From the NCBI RefSeq assembly GCF_006345805.1, contig NC_043013.1, positions 35,650,001 to 35,714,000 on the forward strand: a stretch of 64,000 bases of DNA, in the 5' to 3' direction. The DNA comes from Octopus sinensis. Taxonomy: Eukaryota. This document shows, piece after piece, positions 50,987 through 63,868 of the stretch (position 1 is its first letter; each line of letters starts with the position of its first letter). Position numbers and translations under genes: made by a program. The notes under the pieces are model-generated. The model made no database searches. It was not told the origin of the DNA and worked only from the letters and a program-made list of their open reading frames with translations.

Positions 50987-52881
50987 GCCAATGTCCTGCG
51001 TCGTGAGGATGAAAGACTTGAGGTATTTCGTGTTGCAAGACAGTGTGTGAGAGAGAATCGTGACGTGGTAGGAGAGAAATGTGTTCGCAAGGAGGACGGT
51101 TCACTTGCACTTAATGAGGGTGCAAAGAGAGAGACTTGGAGACGCCACTATGATAGGTTGCTGAATGAAGAAAATGAATGGGATAAAGAGAGTCTGCCGA
51201 ATGTCGACCCAACAGAGGGACCAGCAATCCGAGTTAACAGTTCCTTAGTAGATAAGGCAATTAGAAGCATGAAAACAGGAAAGCCCCAGGCCCATCAGGA
51301 ATTACTGCAGAGATGCTCAAAATATCTGGTGGTGTCGGCTATAGCTTAGTCACCCGTATAGTTAACCAGGTGATACACGAGGGGGTCATACCCAATGACT
51401 GGTGTAGCAGCATAATAGTCAACTGCTACAAAGGTAAAGGCGACGCCCTAGAGACAAATAACTACAGGGGCATCAAGCTGCTGGATCAGGTAATGAAGGT
51501 TACGGAGAGGGTTGTAGCCGAACTAATTAGAGAGAGAGTTACCTTAGATGATATGCAGTTTGGGTTCGTGCCAGGGAAAAGTACTACTGATGCTATATTC
51601 CTGGTAAGACAGCTGCAGGAGAAATACCTAGCCAAAGATAAGCCCTTGTACCTGGCTTTTGTTGACTTGGAGAAAGCCTTTGACAGGGTCCCCCGGTCCC
51701 TTATCTGGTGGTCAATGAGGAACTAGGGATAGAAGAATGGTTGGTGAGAGCTGTGCAAGCCATGTACAGAGACGCTATTAGTAAGGTGAGGGTGGGCAAC
51801 GAGTACAGTGAAGAATTCCGGGTAGAGGTTGGGGTCCACCAAGGTTCAGTCCTCAGTCCCCTCCTATTTATCATAGTCCTCCAGGCAATAACGGAGGAAT
51901 TCAAGACAGGTTGCCCCTGGGAGCTCCTCTATGCTGATGACCTTGCTCTAATTGCTGAGTCACTATCAGAACTGGAGGAGAAGTTCCAGGTGTGGAAACA
52001 AGGATTAGAATCGAAGGGCCTTAGAATCAACCTAGCCAAAACCAAAGTTCTAATAAGTAGGAAGGTAGATCAATCACAAACGCCTTCAGGTAGATGGCCC
52101 TGCTCGATCTGTAAAAAGGTGTAGGTAGAAACTCTATAAGATGCACCAAGTGTAAGCTATGGACACATAAGAGGTGCAGCAATGTCAAAGGAAGGCTAAC
52201 TAGGAAAATAGTTTTTGTCTGTGGCAAATGCTCAGGAGCAATAAACACTGGAAATATGCAGAGACCAACTTCTGCCACGTTCCAGGGAGACAAACTAGAA
52301 GTAGTTGATAGCTTCCGCTACCTAGGAGACCAAGTCAGTAGCGGGGGTGGGTGTGCTGAAAGTGTAACTGCTAGAGTAAGAATAGCCTGGGCAAAGTTTA
52401 GAGAGCTCTTACCCCTGCTGGTGACAAAAGGCCTCTCGCTCAGAGTAAAAGGCAGACTGTATGATGCATGTGTACGTACAGCCATGCTACATGGTAGTGA
52501 AACATGGGCCGTGACTGCTGAGGATATGCGTAAGCTCGCAAGAAATGAAGCCAGTATGCTCCGATGGATGTGTAATGTCAGTGTTCATATTCGTCAGAGT
52601 GTAAGTTCCTTGAGAGAAAAGCTGAACCTAAGAAGCGTCAGTTGTGGCGTGCAAGAGAGACGGCTGCGCTGGTATGGTCATGTGACAAGAAAGGCTGAAG
52701 ATAGTTGTGTGCAAAAGTGCTACACCCTAGCAGTGGAGGGAACCTGTGGAAGAGGTAGACCCAGGAAACCTGGGACGAGGTGGTGAAGCACGACCTTCGA
52801 ACTTTAGGTCTCACTAAGGAAATGTCTAGAGACCGAGACCTATGGAAGTATGCTGTGCATGAGAAGACCCGGCAAGACTAG
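50984..52881 (+). pseudogene. RTE reverse transcriptase ORF (4 single-base frameshifts, no internal stops) with PHD-type finger insertion
   Basis: NYRGIKLL; QFGFVPGKSTTDAIF; FVDLEKAFDRV; GVHQGSVLSPLLF; LLYADDLAL; FRYLG; AMLHGSETW; RLRWYGHV; GRGRPRK. Confidence 0.95.
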
Positions 52882-54574
52882 TCAGGCCATAACCCGTGGC
52901 CCCGACCTGGGACGTAGTCAGTCCTGTGCATACCTTCCTTCTTGTGACACTTATGAAGACCTGTTGAGGCAAGTGAAAATCAAATCAAATCAAAACAAAT
53001 CAAAATAGATGAACATCAGTGGAATTGTATTCTTTGTGGTACCAGTGCCGGTGGCACACAAGAAAACCACCCAAACGTGGCCGTAACCAGTACCGCATCG
53101 ACTGGCCTCCGTGCTGTGGGCACAACAAACACCATCCGATCGTGGCCGTTCGCCAGCCTCATCTGGCACCTGTGCCGGTGGCACATAAAGACACCATCCG
53201 AAGACCCGGCGACGTAGTCAGTCCACCTGTGCATACCTTCCCTCTTATGACACTTGTGAAGACCTGTTGAGGCAAGTGTGTGACACTTGTGAAGACCTGT
53301 TGAGGCAAGTGAAAATCAAACCAAATCAAAATAGATGAATATCAATGGAATTTGTATCTTTGTGGTTCCAGTACCGGTGGCACACAAGAAAACCATCCGA
53401 AGTGGCCGTAGCTGGTACCGCATCGACTGGCCTCCGTGCTGTGGGCACAACAAACACCATCTGATCGTGGCCGTTCGCCAGCCTCACCTGGCACCTGTGT
53501 CGGTGGCACATAAAAACACCATCCAAAGACCCGGCGACGTAGTCAGTCCACCTGTGCATACCTTCCCTCTTATGACACTTGTGAAGACCTGTTGAGGCAG
53601 AGGCAAGTGTGTGACACTTGTGAAGACCTGTTGAGGCAGAGGCAAGTGTGTGACACTTGTGGAGACCTGTTGAGGCAAGTGTGTGACACGCGTGACACTT
53701 GTGAAGACCTGTTGAGGCAAGTGAAAAATCAAACCAAATCAAAATAGATGAACATCAATGGAATTTGTATCTTTGTGGTTCCAGTACCGGTGGCACACAA
53801 GAAAACCATCCGATCGTGGCCGTTCGCCAGCCACATCTGGCACCTGTGTCGGTGGCACATAAAGACACCATCCGAAGACCCGGCGACGTAGACAGTCCAC
53901 CTGTGCATACCTTCCTTCTTGTGACACTTGTGAAGACCTGTTGAGGCAAGTGACACTTGTGAAGACCTGTTGAGGCAAGTGAAAATCAAATCAAATCAAA
54001 ACAAATCAAAATAGATGAGCATAAATGGAATTTGTATCTTTGTGGTACCAGTGCCGGTGGCACACAAGAAAATCATCCGAACGTGGCCGTAGCCAGTACC
54101 GCATAGACTGGCCTCCGTGCTTTGGGGACGTAACAAACACCATCCGATCGTGGCCGTCCGCCAGCCTCATCTGGCACCTGTGTCGGTGGCACATAAAAAC
54201 ACCATCCGAGCGTGGCCGTCTGCCAGCCTCGTCTGGCACCTGCCAGCCTCATCTGGCACCTGTGTCGGTGGCACATAAAAACACCATCCGAGCGTGGCCG
54301 TCTGCCAGCCTCGTCTGGCACCTGTGTCGGTGGCACATAAAAACACCATCCGAGCGTGGCCGTTCGCCAGCCTCGTCTGGCACCTGTGTCGGTGGCACAT
54401 AAAATCACCCACTACACTCTCGGAGTGGTTGGCGTTAGGAAGGGCATCCAGCTGTAGAAACACTGCCAGATCTGACTGGCCTGGTGCAGCCTTCGGGCTC
54501 CCCAGACCCCAGTTGAACCGTCCAACCCATGCTAGCATGGAAAACGGACGCTAAATGATGATGATGATGATGAT

Positions 54575-54577
<3 letters not shown>
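50984..54577 (+). mobile_element. 5'-truncated RTE-clade LINE with long tandem-repetitive 3' UTR and (GAT)n tail, inserted in (TA)n
   Basis: RT coding region 50984-52881, UTR 52882-54555, GAT tail, TA tracts on both sides. Confidence 0.95.
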
Positions 54578-54613
<36 letters not shown>

Positions 54614-55364
54614 CCATACACACATATACACACATACATACATACATACATACATACATACATACATACATACATACATACATACATACATACATACATA
54701 CATACATACATACATACATTAACAGATATATATGTGCAATATCTGCACTCGTTGCTGTGTGGTAAGAAGTTTGATTTCAAACCACATGGTTCCAGGTTCT
54801 GTCCCACTGTGCAGTACCTTGGGCAAGCGTCTTCTTCTACAGCATCAGGCTAACCAAAGCCTTGTGAGTGGATTTGGTAGCTGGAAACTAAAAGAAGCCC
54901 ACCACATATATATATGTGTGTGTGTGTGTATGTATACATATATATGTATTATTATTACAAATTTGGGATTTTACCAATAGGATCACAACTTCAATTTCAG
55001 GACAACCTTATTTACTGGAGTACACATAGAAAATTATATCCAAAACATTAATCTAATAATACAATCTTTTTAAAGCCTACTATAACATACAATAAGAATA
55101 AAGTACATTAAAATTAATTATAAATTATTTCAATATATTTTTTAAAAATATATATACCTTACCTGTTGTTAGTCTGTGAAGAAGGAAGATAATATTAATC
55201 AATGCTACACGTTTCAGCAGTGATGGTTTGTTTTACCAGGCTATACATAATACATAAATCCACCAGAGCATCCTCAGGCTATTTTCTTCTTTTTATTATT
55301 ATTATTAATGGATCCAAATTAATCCTACAAATTCTAAGATATCTTCATTAAAAATGTAGATATA

Positions 55365-55885
55365 CAGGGTGTCCATAAAATCTCTTCACAATTTAAAAAA
55401 ATTATTACAAAGACAGTTGATGAGATATTTTAACCAGATTTATTTTATTTTAATAATTGTTTATTAAAGTTTTTATTGATATTAAATTTTTGTGTTTCAG
55501 ATACTATGTTGATGGACGAGAACCGATCCACTGAACTCCTGTAAAATGGCTACTCCTCATGAAAAAGCACAATGTGTGTCCTGGTTTACTAAGACAAAAT
55601 CGGATGTTCAGGCTCAATGAAACTACAGAACTAAGTATGGAAAAGATCCACCATCGTATCCTTCAATTCGTGCATGGGTGGTATGGAATCATGTGCAATC
55701 GAATAATTGGTCCATTTTTCTTCAACGAGGCAACAATTACTGCAGATGTTTACCTCGATCTCCTGGCTGAATATTTGGCACCACAACTAATTGATTTACA
55801 GCCAACCTTCATTTTCCAGCAAGATGGTGCACCACTACATTGGAGAAGGCCTGTTCGACAGTTCCTCAATCAAACATTTCCAGTT
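55365..55885 (+). mobile_element. Internally deleted Tc1/mariner element (rosa/DD41D-like)
   Basis: TA|CAGGGTGTCC end; MATPHEKAQCVSWF helix-turn-helix start; IIGPFFF...FQQDGAPLH; 3' end missing. Confidence 0.75.
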
Positions 55886-57415
55886 TTACAAACCAAGGAT
55901 GTTATATAGACCTCCTTGACTCAAGTTAGGGAATGGGTGCGTATTATACAAAAGGTTTAGGTTTTTCAGAGGTACAGCCCCCTAAAAATCCCCTGCGTAT
56001 TATACTCAAGGGCGGACTATACTTGAGGATTTACGATATATATATGTATATATATATGTATATATCTGTGTGTGTCTTTGTGTCTGTGTTTGTCCTCCAA
56101 TCTTTCTCACTTCATAACTGGTGCTAATGCGTTTACGTCCTTGTAACTTAGTGGTTCACCAAAAGAGGCGGACAAAATAAGCACTAGTTTTTAAAAAAAT
56201 AAGTCCTGAGGGCGGGTAAGGTCGATTCATTCGACTAAAACCCTTCGAAGCAGTGTTCCAGCATGACCACAGTCAAATGACTGAAACAAGTAGAAGAATA
56301 AAAGAATAAAAGAATATATGTACACATCTATTCCTTCCATTTTCAATGCCCAATGTTCCTAAATATGCATATATGTATGTATATTCAAGCCTATTCAGTT
56401 GGCTTCCAGTCCTTCATCTCAGCGCTACCTTTTTCTCACCTACAACTTTAATCTTCACACTCTCTAAGGCCTTTGACTGTTCACTAATACATTAAGCTGT
56501 TCCCCCCACAAAAAAAAGGATAAAAATCATCAAATTTATCTTGAACACCCTATATGTCTATGTAAATATGTATGTGTATGTGTATATTAATATGTACCTA
56601 TGTATAAATGCATATATTTGTATATAAATATGTGTGTTTTTGCATGTGAATATTTACATATATATATATCATCTGTAAAAATACATAAATCTGGAGGAGA
56701 AGCACACTCTGAGATGTAGAGCACATCCTACCCCACTATAATGTTGTGTGTGTGTGTTTGTGTGTGTGTGTGCGTGTGTATCCCTCTCTCACTTTCTCTC
56801 TGTCTGAATACATATATGTGTGTGTGTGTGTGTGCATGCATATATAATTTACATATATGTATGCAAATACTGTAAATTGTATGTATGTATATGAGTGTTT
56901 GTGCAGCATTCATATATGCAAGTGTGCATGTGTATATATAAATGTGTGTATATATATGTGTATGTATATGTATGTATAAAATAGATTCTCTGACCAATGA
57001 AGCTGAAGTATTTTTTATAGCTTTTCTGTGCATGCTTACACACATGTACAATTGTGTGTAAATTTCATATATAAAAGTGTGTGGGTGTATATGTGTGTAC
57101 GTGTGTGTATGTGTGTGTGCGTACGTGTGTGTGTGTGCATGTGCGTGTGTATGTGTGTGTGTGTGTGTGTTTGTGTGTGCTCGTGACTTAAAACAGTGAC
57201 GAAGTCGGTTGATGCGATGATCATGCTGGTGATGATGGAGGTGGTGGTTGTGGTGGTGGTGGTGGTGGTGGTGGTCTTGGAGGATGCTGAAGAATCACAT
57301 AACACTTGCTGCCATAAAGAAGACTATGAGATCAAGAGATGAGCCAAATAACAATCATTTCCTATGTGTGTATGTATGACTGTTTTCTGAGAGTCTGATT
57401 GTAGGCTGGGATTGA

Positions 57416-57471
<56 letters not shown>

Positions 57472-57601
57472 ATATGTATGTATTTGTCTGGCTGTCTGTC
57501 TATTTGTATGTTTATGTGTCTATTTATCTGTGATTGTGTCGATGTGCATATAAGTGTATGTGTGTGTATGCATGTTTGTTCATATTGTTTTGGTTTGTTT
57601 C

Positions 57602-57638
<37 letters not shown>

Positions 57639-57931
57639 TTCTTATTGTTTTTTTTCTTTTAAATTTTATTTTCGAATTCATACATAGGTAAAAGGTTCCT
57701 TCAGCTTGGGTAAGCTGGTTAACAAAGAGTCAATGGCACTGAATCACCACATTGGGGCTCTTTGATAATGTAGGCTGAACATGTCCATTCAAACCCCTCA
57801 CACACACACACACATGTATACACACACACACACACATGCACACACACACACATGTATACACATACACACACATGCACACATACACACATATATCTTTTTA
57901 AAATAATGTAATAGAATTATATAAAAATACA

Positions 57932-58035
<104 letters not shown>

Positions 58036-58578
58036 TAACACATATAAACATTTATATATATATATATACATATGCATATATATGTGTGTGTGTACATATA
58101 TATTGTATATATGTATGTATTGTATGTACATATGTATAAACGTACATATATATATATATATGATGTATGTGTATATGCTCACAATCATACATAATCATTC
58201 ATATACATGCATATATATTTATTTACACAAGTCGTACTGTGATGTTCCGATTTCTTGTGCCCAGCGGAGCACTGAAAAATTGTTAAAAGAAACTTATATA
58301 TATTATAACAGCACACACAACACTTTATTTCTATCAACAATCCCAACCGAAAAATGTCCAAAAGAGAAAAATACCTATTTAAAAGTTTGGTTGAATGGAG
58401 AAATATATTTATAAATTGCAATGTCATGGAAATACAGTAATACGTATCTCTACATCAATATCTGTAGCAATAATGTGTGTGTAGTGTGTATACATATATG
58501 TATGCATGTATATATGTGTATGTATGTATTTATATATATATATATATATATTTGGATGTGTGTGTGTGTATGTATATA

Positions 58579-58627
<49 letters not shown>

Positions 58628-58819
58628 ATGTGTGTGTGTATGTGTACATCTACATGTGATTGTATGCATACATATACAAAGAGGCATGGACATGTGCGGT
58701 TAAGAATCTGTGTGCTTAAAAAAAATTGCCTTGCAATCACATGGTTTCCAGTTCAATCCCTCGGCATGGCAACTTTGGAGAGACTCTTCTACAATATCTG
58801 TTGTCCAACCAATGCTTTC

Positions 58820-59150
58820 ATCATCATCGTTTAACATCCATTTTCCATACTAGCATGGGTTGGACGGTTTGACCAGGATCTGGGAAGCCAGAAGGCTGCA
58901 TCAGGCTCCAGTCTGATCTGACAGTGTTTCTACAGCTGGATGCCCTTCCTAACTCCGTGAGTGTAGTGGGTGCTTTTTACCGGCACAGGTGCCAGGAGAG
59001 GCTGGCAACGGCCATGATCGGTTGGTGCTTTTTACGTGCCACCAGCACAGAAGCCAGTCAATGTGGTGCTGGCATTGGTCATGTTGGATGGTGCTTTTTA
59101 CGTGCCACCGGCACAGGTATCACAATTGCAATTTCCATTTGATTTTTTTG
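58820..59150 (-). mobile_element. RTE LINE 3'-UTR fragment
   Basis: Matches about 54000-54560 of the LINE. Confidence 0.85.
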
Positions 59151-60390
59151 ATTAGTCCCATCGTAAATATTTGTGTGCGTGCTTGTGTGTATGCACAAGT
59201 GTGGAAAAAATATAGCAGTAATCATATTTTTTCCATACCCACCATCTCTGATGAGCATGTGGTATTACTTACCCGAACTTTTACCTAATATCCAATCACC
59301 TAACACCAAATGCGAACTGAATCGGTAAGATTAGCTGAAATGGATCTATGATGCTGTAGACTTTGGTTAATATACCCACTCTATTGACAAACATTCAATG
59401 TATAATTTTTCTTGACTTTTGGCTTCTTAGATGACTATACACACACACACACACATTCGTAAGCTGATTTGGAAACCAAATAAGAGGTAGCCTGATGGTA
59501 TCCTTGTTTCATTCCTAGATGCTTTCTTTAAATATTTGTCATTAAGTAATAATTTTCCGTAGTCCTGAATTTACATCAGGCAACTCGCTTGTTACTCTGT
59601 TTTACTCTTTACAGCTTCTTCCTTGTTATGTTGCCAAAGCTTTCGTACAGCTGTAGCTGGTTATGACATTACTTCTATTAAGTACATACCTTACTTGTGG
59701 ATAACTGAGAAGCGCTTTTGAATTAGAACTAAGAAATCACTAAGCATATTTGTGCCTACATTTTTGCAGAAAAATGAGTTAAAACAAATGATATTACATT
59801 TTTTGTATGTTCATTAGCTTGCTGCTCACCATGAACTGCAGCTTATATTTTTCTCTTTCAGTTCATTTATTTTGTAATGTATTATTGTAATAAGTAGTAA
59901 CTTTGTTGATGGTAATTCTATCTGAGGAATTATTACATATGCTTAATTAAACCTTAACACTACCAATTTTTTTTATTACATACTATAACAGACCTCTGAC
60001 CCATCTTCCAGAAATCTAAAAGTAATGTGCAATATTCTGCATCCTGTATTGAGTAAACAACCCTATTTTTGAAGTTGGTTAATATGTATGCAATGTGTTA
60101 AAAATGCTGCTGTTCATTAATTTTTTATGTGGTCTGATAAAGATTAAACATAATCTGCTTTAAAAACTAATTTCCATACCTGCATCAGTTACATAAAATT
60201 ATGTTCTCTATTTCTCTTCATTTAATTTTTTTTGTATAAATATTATATGTATACATGGTGCAGTAGGATATATTTCAAGAATTATAGCAAGATTAAGAGA
60301 CATCAAACAGAAGTGTAATAATTTGAATCTATTTTATACAATCTAGTTCCTCTCTTTTCATAGTCTATTCTATATTTTCAATATATATTT

Positions 60391-60798
60391 AGGCGTAGGA
60401 GTGGCTGTGTGGTAAGTAGCTTGCTTACAAACCACATGGTTCCGGTTTCAGTTCCACTGCATGGCACCTTGGGCAAGTGTCTTCTACTATAGCCTCAGGC
60501 CAATCAAAAAACTTGTGAGTGGATTTGGTAGACATAAACTGAAAGAAGCCCATTGTATATATGTATATATATATATATATGTAGGTGTGTGTATATGTTT
60601 GTGTGTCTGTGTTTGTCCCCCCACCCCAACATTGACAGCCAATGCTGGTGTGTTTGCATCCCCGTAACTTAGCGGTTCAGCAAAAGAGACCGATAGAATA
60701 AATACTAGGCTTACAAAGAATAAGTCCTGGGATCGATTTGCTTCAGCATGGTCGCAGTCAAATGACTGAAACAAGTAAAAGAGTAAAAGAGTAAAAGA
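60391..60798 (+). mobile_element. SINE family A, full-length
   Basis: Complete head, body and tail with (GAGTAAAA)n. Confidence 0.9.
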
Positions 60799-61079
60799 GG
60801 CTGTCTCCAGAAAATGAGAAAATCCAGATATCTTGGCCATTTCCAGTCCTTAGCTTGCTGGACACTTGGTCCAGTGGTGTAGAAGTTTCTATGTGCCATA
60901 TAGAAGGTCAAACTAAAGATAGTCTACATAAAGTTTCTAACAACTTTACTTGTTCCAAGTTTCACCACTAAAGTGATTTATTTCATATTCCTCAAAGTTT
61001 CTAAATTCATTTGACATAAACAACAAATAATTATTGCTAGTAAGTAAGTTAAAACGAGGGTAGTACACATCAAGTTTCT

Positions 61080-61302
61080 TATTTCTTTACTACCCACAAA
61101 GGTCTAAACACAGAGGGGACAAACAAGGACAGACAATTGGATTAAGTCGATTATATCGACCCCAGTGTTAACTGGTACTTACTTAATCACCCCAAAAGGA
61201 TGAAAGGCAAAGTCGACCTTGGCAGAATTTGAACTCAGAACATAGTGGTAGACGAAATACCGCTAAGCATTTCGCCTGGTGTACTAACGTTTCTGCCAGC
61301 TG
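61080..61302 (-). mobile_element. SINE family B with 13-bp target-site duplication
   Basis: ACATCAAGTTTCT at 61067-61079 and 61303-61315. Confidence 0.9.
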
Positions 61303-61537
61303 ACATCAAGTTTCTATTTACCAAAATCTTTGTTGCGATTAATTTTAGGAACACTGAAGAATTTGGTAAAATATTTTTGTGATTATTAAGCTGGTTTTGG
61401 GGACTTAAACAAGTAGGAAATTTTAATATAAGGTTTTAGTTTAGATCAATATAAAACAGATTTGCATTATAGATCTCGAGTGATCTTGAGCAGGTTGGTA
61501 TCAAAAGGGTTCATATCTGCATGTTTGCAGATATGTA

Positions 61538-62776
61538 CAGGGTGTGTAAGATATTCGAGGATGGACTCATGTTTATAAAAATAAACAAATATATAATAAC
61601 AGATAATAACTTTATTATCAAAAAAATGCTTTGAGGATAAAAATAAATCTTTTTTATCATGTTGTTCAATAAAGCCACCTTTAGCTTCAATAACTGCTTC
61701 TATACGAGATCTAAATCATCTACATGCTCACATCAAGTGGTCCTGATTCATATTGGACATTACTCTGACTATGGTGGCTTTCAAAGAATTTTTGGTGTTA
61801 TGAACATATTCACTGATTTTTCTTGATCTCTCTCTCAATAACTGAGATCTGGGGAATTAGGAGGCCAAACATTAGGGGTTATGTGATCATGAACATTTTC
61901 AGCCATCCATTCCTGGATTACTTGAGCCTTGTGTGATGGTGCAGAGTCTTGCTGAAACACATATGGCCTTCCACTGCATACACTGTCCATCCAGGGCTTA
62001 ATTCTTACCAGGATTTCAATGTAGGTGTCAGAGTTAACTCTAAGGCTTTGTGGAAAGAAATAAGGAGGCATCATATATCCTTTGTTACTGACAACCCCTA
62101 AAATCATGACAGTTGCAGGAAATTTTGTATGCATAACTTTTCACACTTCAGAAGGGTGTGCACATAACCATCTGTCATTTCTTCTGTTAACTTTTTGATC
62201 CTGGTCGAAGTTTCTCTTGTCTGAGAAAAACCAAATCAAATCTTCTTCTGCTGGATTTTATAGTTTTTTTGAGTGCTTTTAGATCTGATGTAGTGATTTT
62301 CTTTTGCTTTTCTTATAAATTGACCTTTCCTCATCATATAAGACTTATATCTGATGCCTTCTTGGAAAACATTTCTGACAGTTCCTTCCGACATATGGAG
62401 ATCTTTTCCAATTGACCTCATGTTTTTTCTGGAATTGTAATCAATGGTCTGTTGAACTTGCTGGATAAATTCGTGTGTTCTGATGTCACAGTGTTTGGAA
62501 TGCATTTTATGTTTTCATACTGGTATTACGTTCCTATCCTCAGTCTCTAGCTCCTTAAAAACTTTGTAGACAAAAGATCTGGCAACTTCTAAAAATCAAG
62601 ATATTTCTAAATTGCTATGCTCAGTACTTATAACCACAATAACAGTATGTCTCTTCGTTTATTGTGTAAGCTGAGGGTCTGTCATTATTATTTTCTGAAA
62701 CAAAGATTATACAGAGTTAGCAAATAAGGCAGCAATGACCACAAAATGTATGTCCTCAAATATATTACACACCCTG
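61538..62776 (-). mobile_element. Tc1/mariner DD37D (maT-like) transposon, degenerate
   Basis: About 25-bp TIR CAGGGTGTGTAA(G/T)ATATT(C/T)GAGGA; VMILGVVSNKG, FQQDSAPSH, WPPNSPDL; spacing consistent with DD37D. Confidence 0.85.
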
Positions 62777-63202
62777 CATATGGTTGTAGATATGGCTAAG
62801 AAGCTTGCTCCATAATCATGAAGTCCTAGGTTCAAATCTACCATGTGGCATCCTAAGCCACTGTCATTTACCAATATCATAGTAAATGGCATACAAATGC
62901 CATGTAAAGGAAACTGGATCTTTGGAAACAATATGGAATGCCATCGGAGAGATCGTAACCATAATTCAAAGGATCAGCATTTTCTCACACTATACCCTGA
63001 TACTATCTAAGAATAATGGTAAAAGCATACATTTCTGTGGATTACTCAGTCACTAATATGCTAATTGAAAGATTTGGTAATTTAGTTAATCAAACCACCA
63101 GAATACACATTGTCAAGGGTGACAAATATCCATTTACTCTTTGTATTTGTGAGTGTGTGTGTGCATGTTTGCATGTGTGTTTCTTTGTCTGTGTGTGTAT
63201 GT

Positions 63203-63267
<65 letters not shown>

Positions 63268-63728
63268 TATGCATGTGCACACGCATGTGCAAGTGTGTGT
63301 GTGATAGATAGCGTTTGAAATGTGACAATGGATTCCACGTGATAGATAATGCGGTCTCATTGAGAAAATAAGTCTGAATTGGAAATCTGATGCCAAAAAA
63401 GGTCAAAGAGTGATCCTCTTCCACTTATATATATGTGTGTATACATATACACACACATATGTGTGTGTATGTATATATTCATACATACATATATATATAT
63501 ATATGCACACACATATATGTGTGTATATATATATATATATATAATCAATATAGGGTGGCAAAAAATTTTGTAGAATTTTTTTTGCCACCAGCGGCCTAGT
63601 GGGAAAATTACAGGGTAAATGTTTTTTAATTTTCTCCTGGTTTACGGAATTGATGTTATTTTGCGGTTGAAGCTTTGGCTGTTATTTCTAGTGGGTGAAT
63701 GGCCTATTATGGCCGTTCCTTGATTGTG

Positions 63729-63761
<33 letters not shown>

Positions 63762-63824
63762 GACATATTTATACACACACATACACACAGAGACACATAC
63801 ACAAATACAAACACACATGTATGT

Positions 63825-63868
<44 letters not shown>

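Noticed and set aside
52900-54400. Repeat-spacer-like array resembling CRISPR
   Set aside because: Intervening sequences are themselves repeated, there are no cas genes, and it lies in a LINE 3' UTR of a eukaryote.
55161-55176. Possible 11-nt minus-strand microexon (CTTCACAG|ACTAACAACAG|GTAAG)
   Set aside because: Not frame-preserving and no host gene identified; cannot be supported without RNA data.
59248-59285. CTGATGA hammerhead candidate
   Set aside because: No stem II and GAAC instead of GAAA; no stem I.
63554-63599. Hairpin followed by CTAGT, like a Helitron 3' end
   Set aside because: Hairpin is long and A/T-rich rather than short and GC-rich; no matching 5' TC end found.
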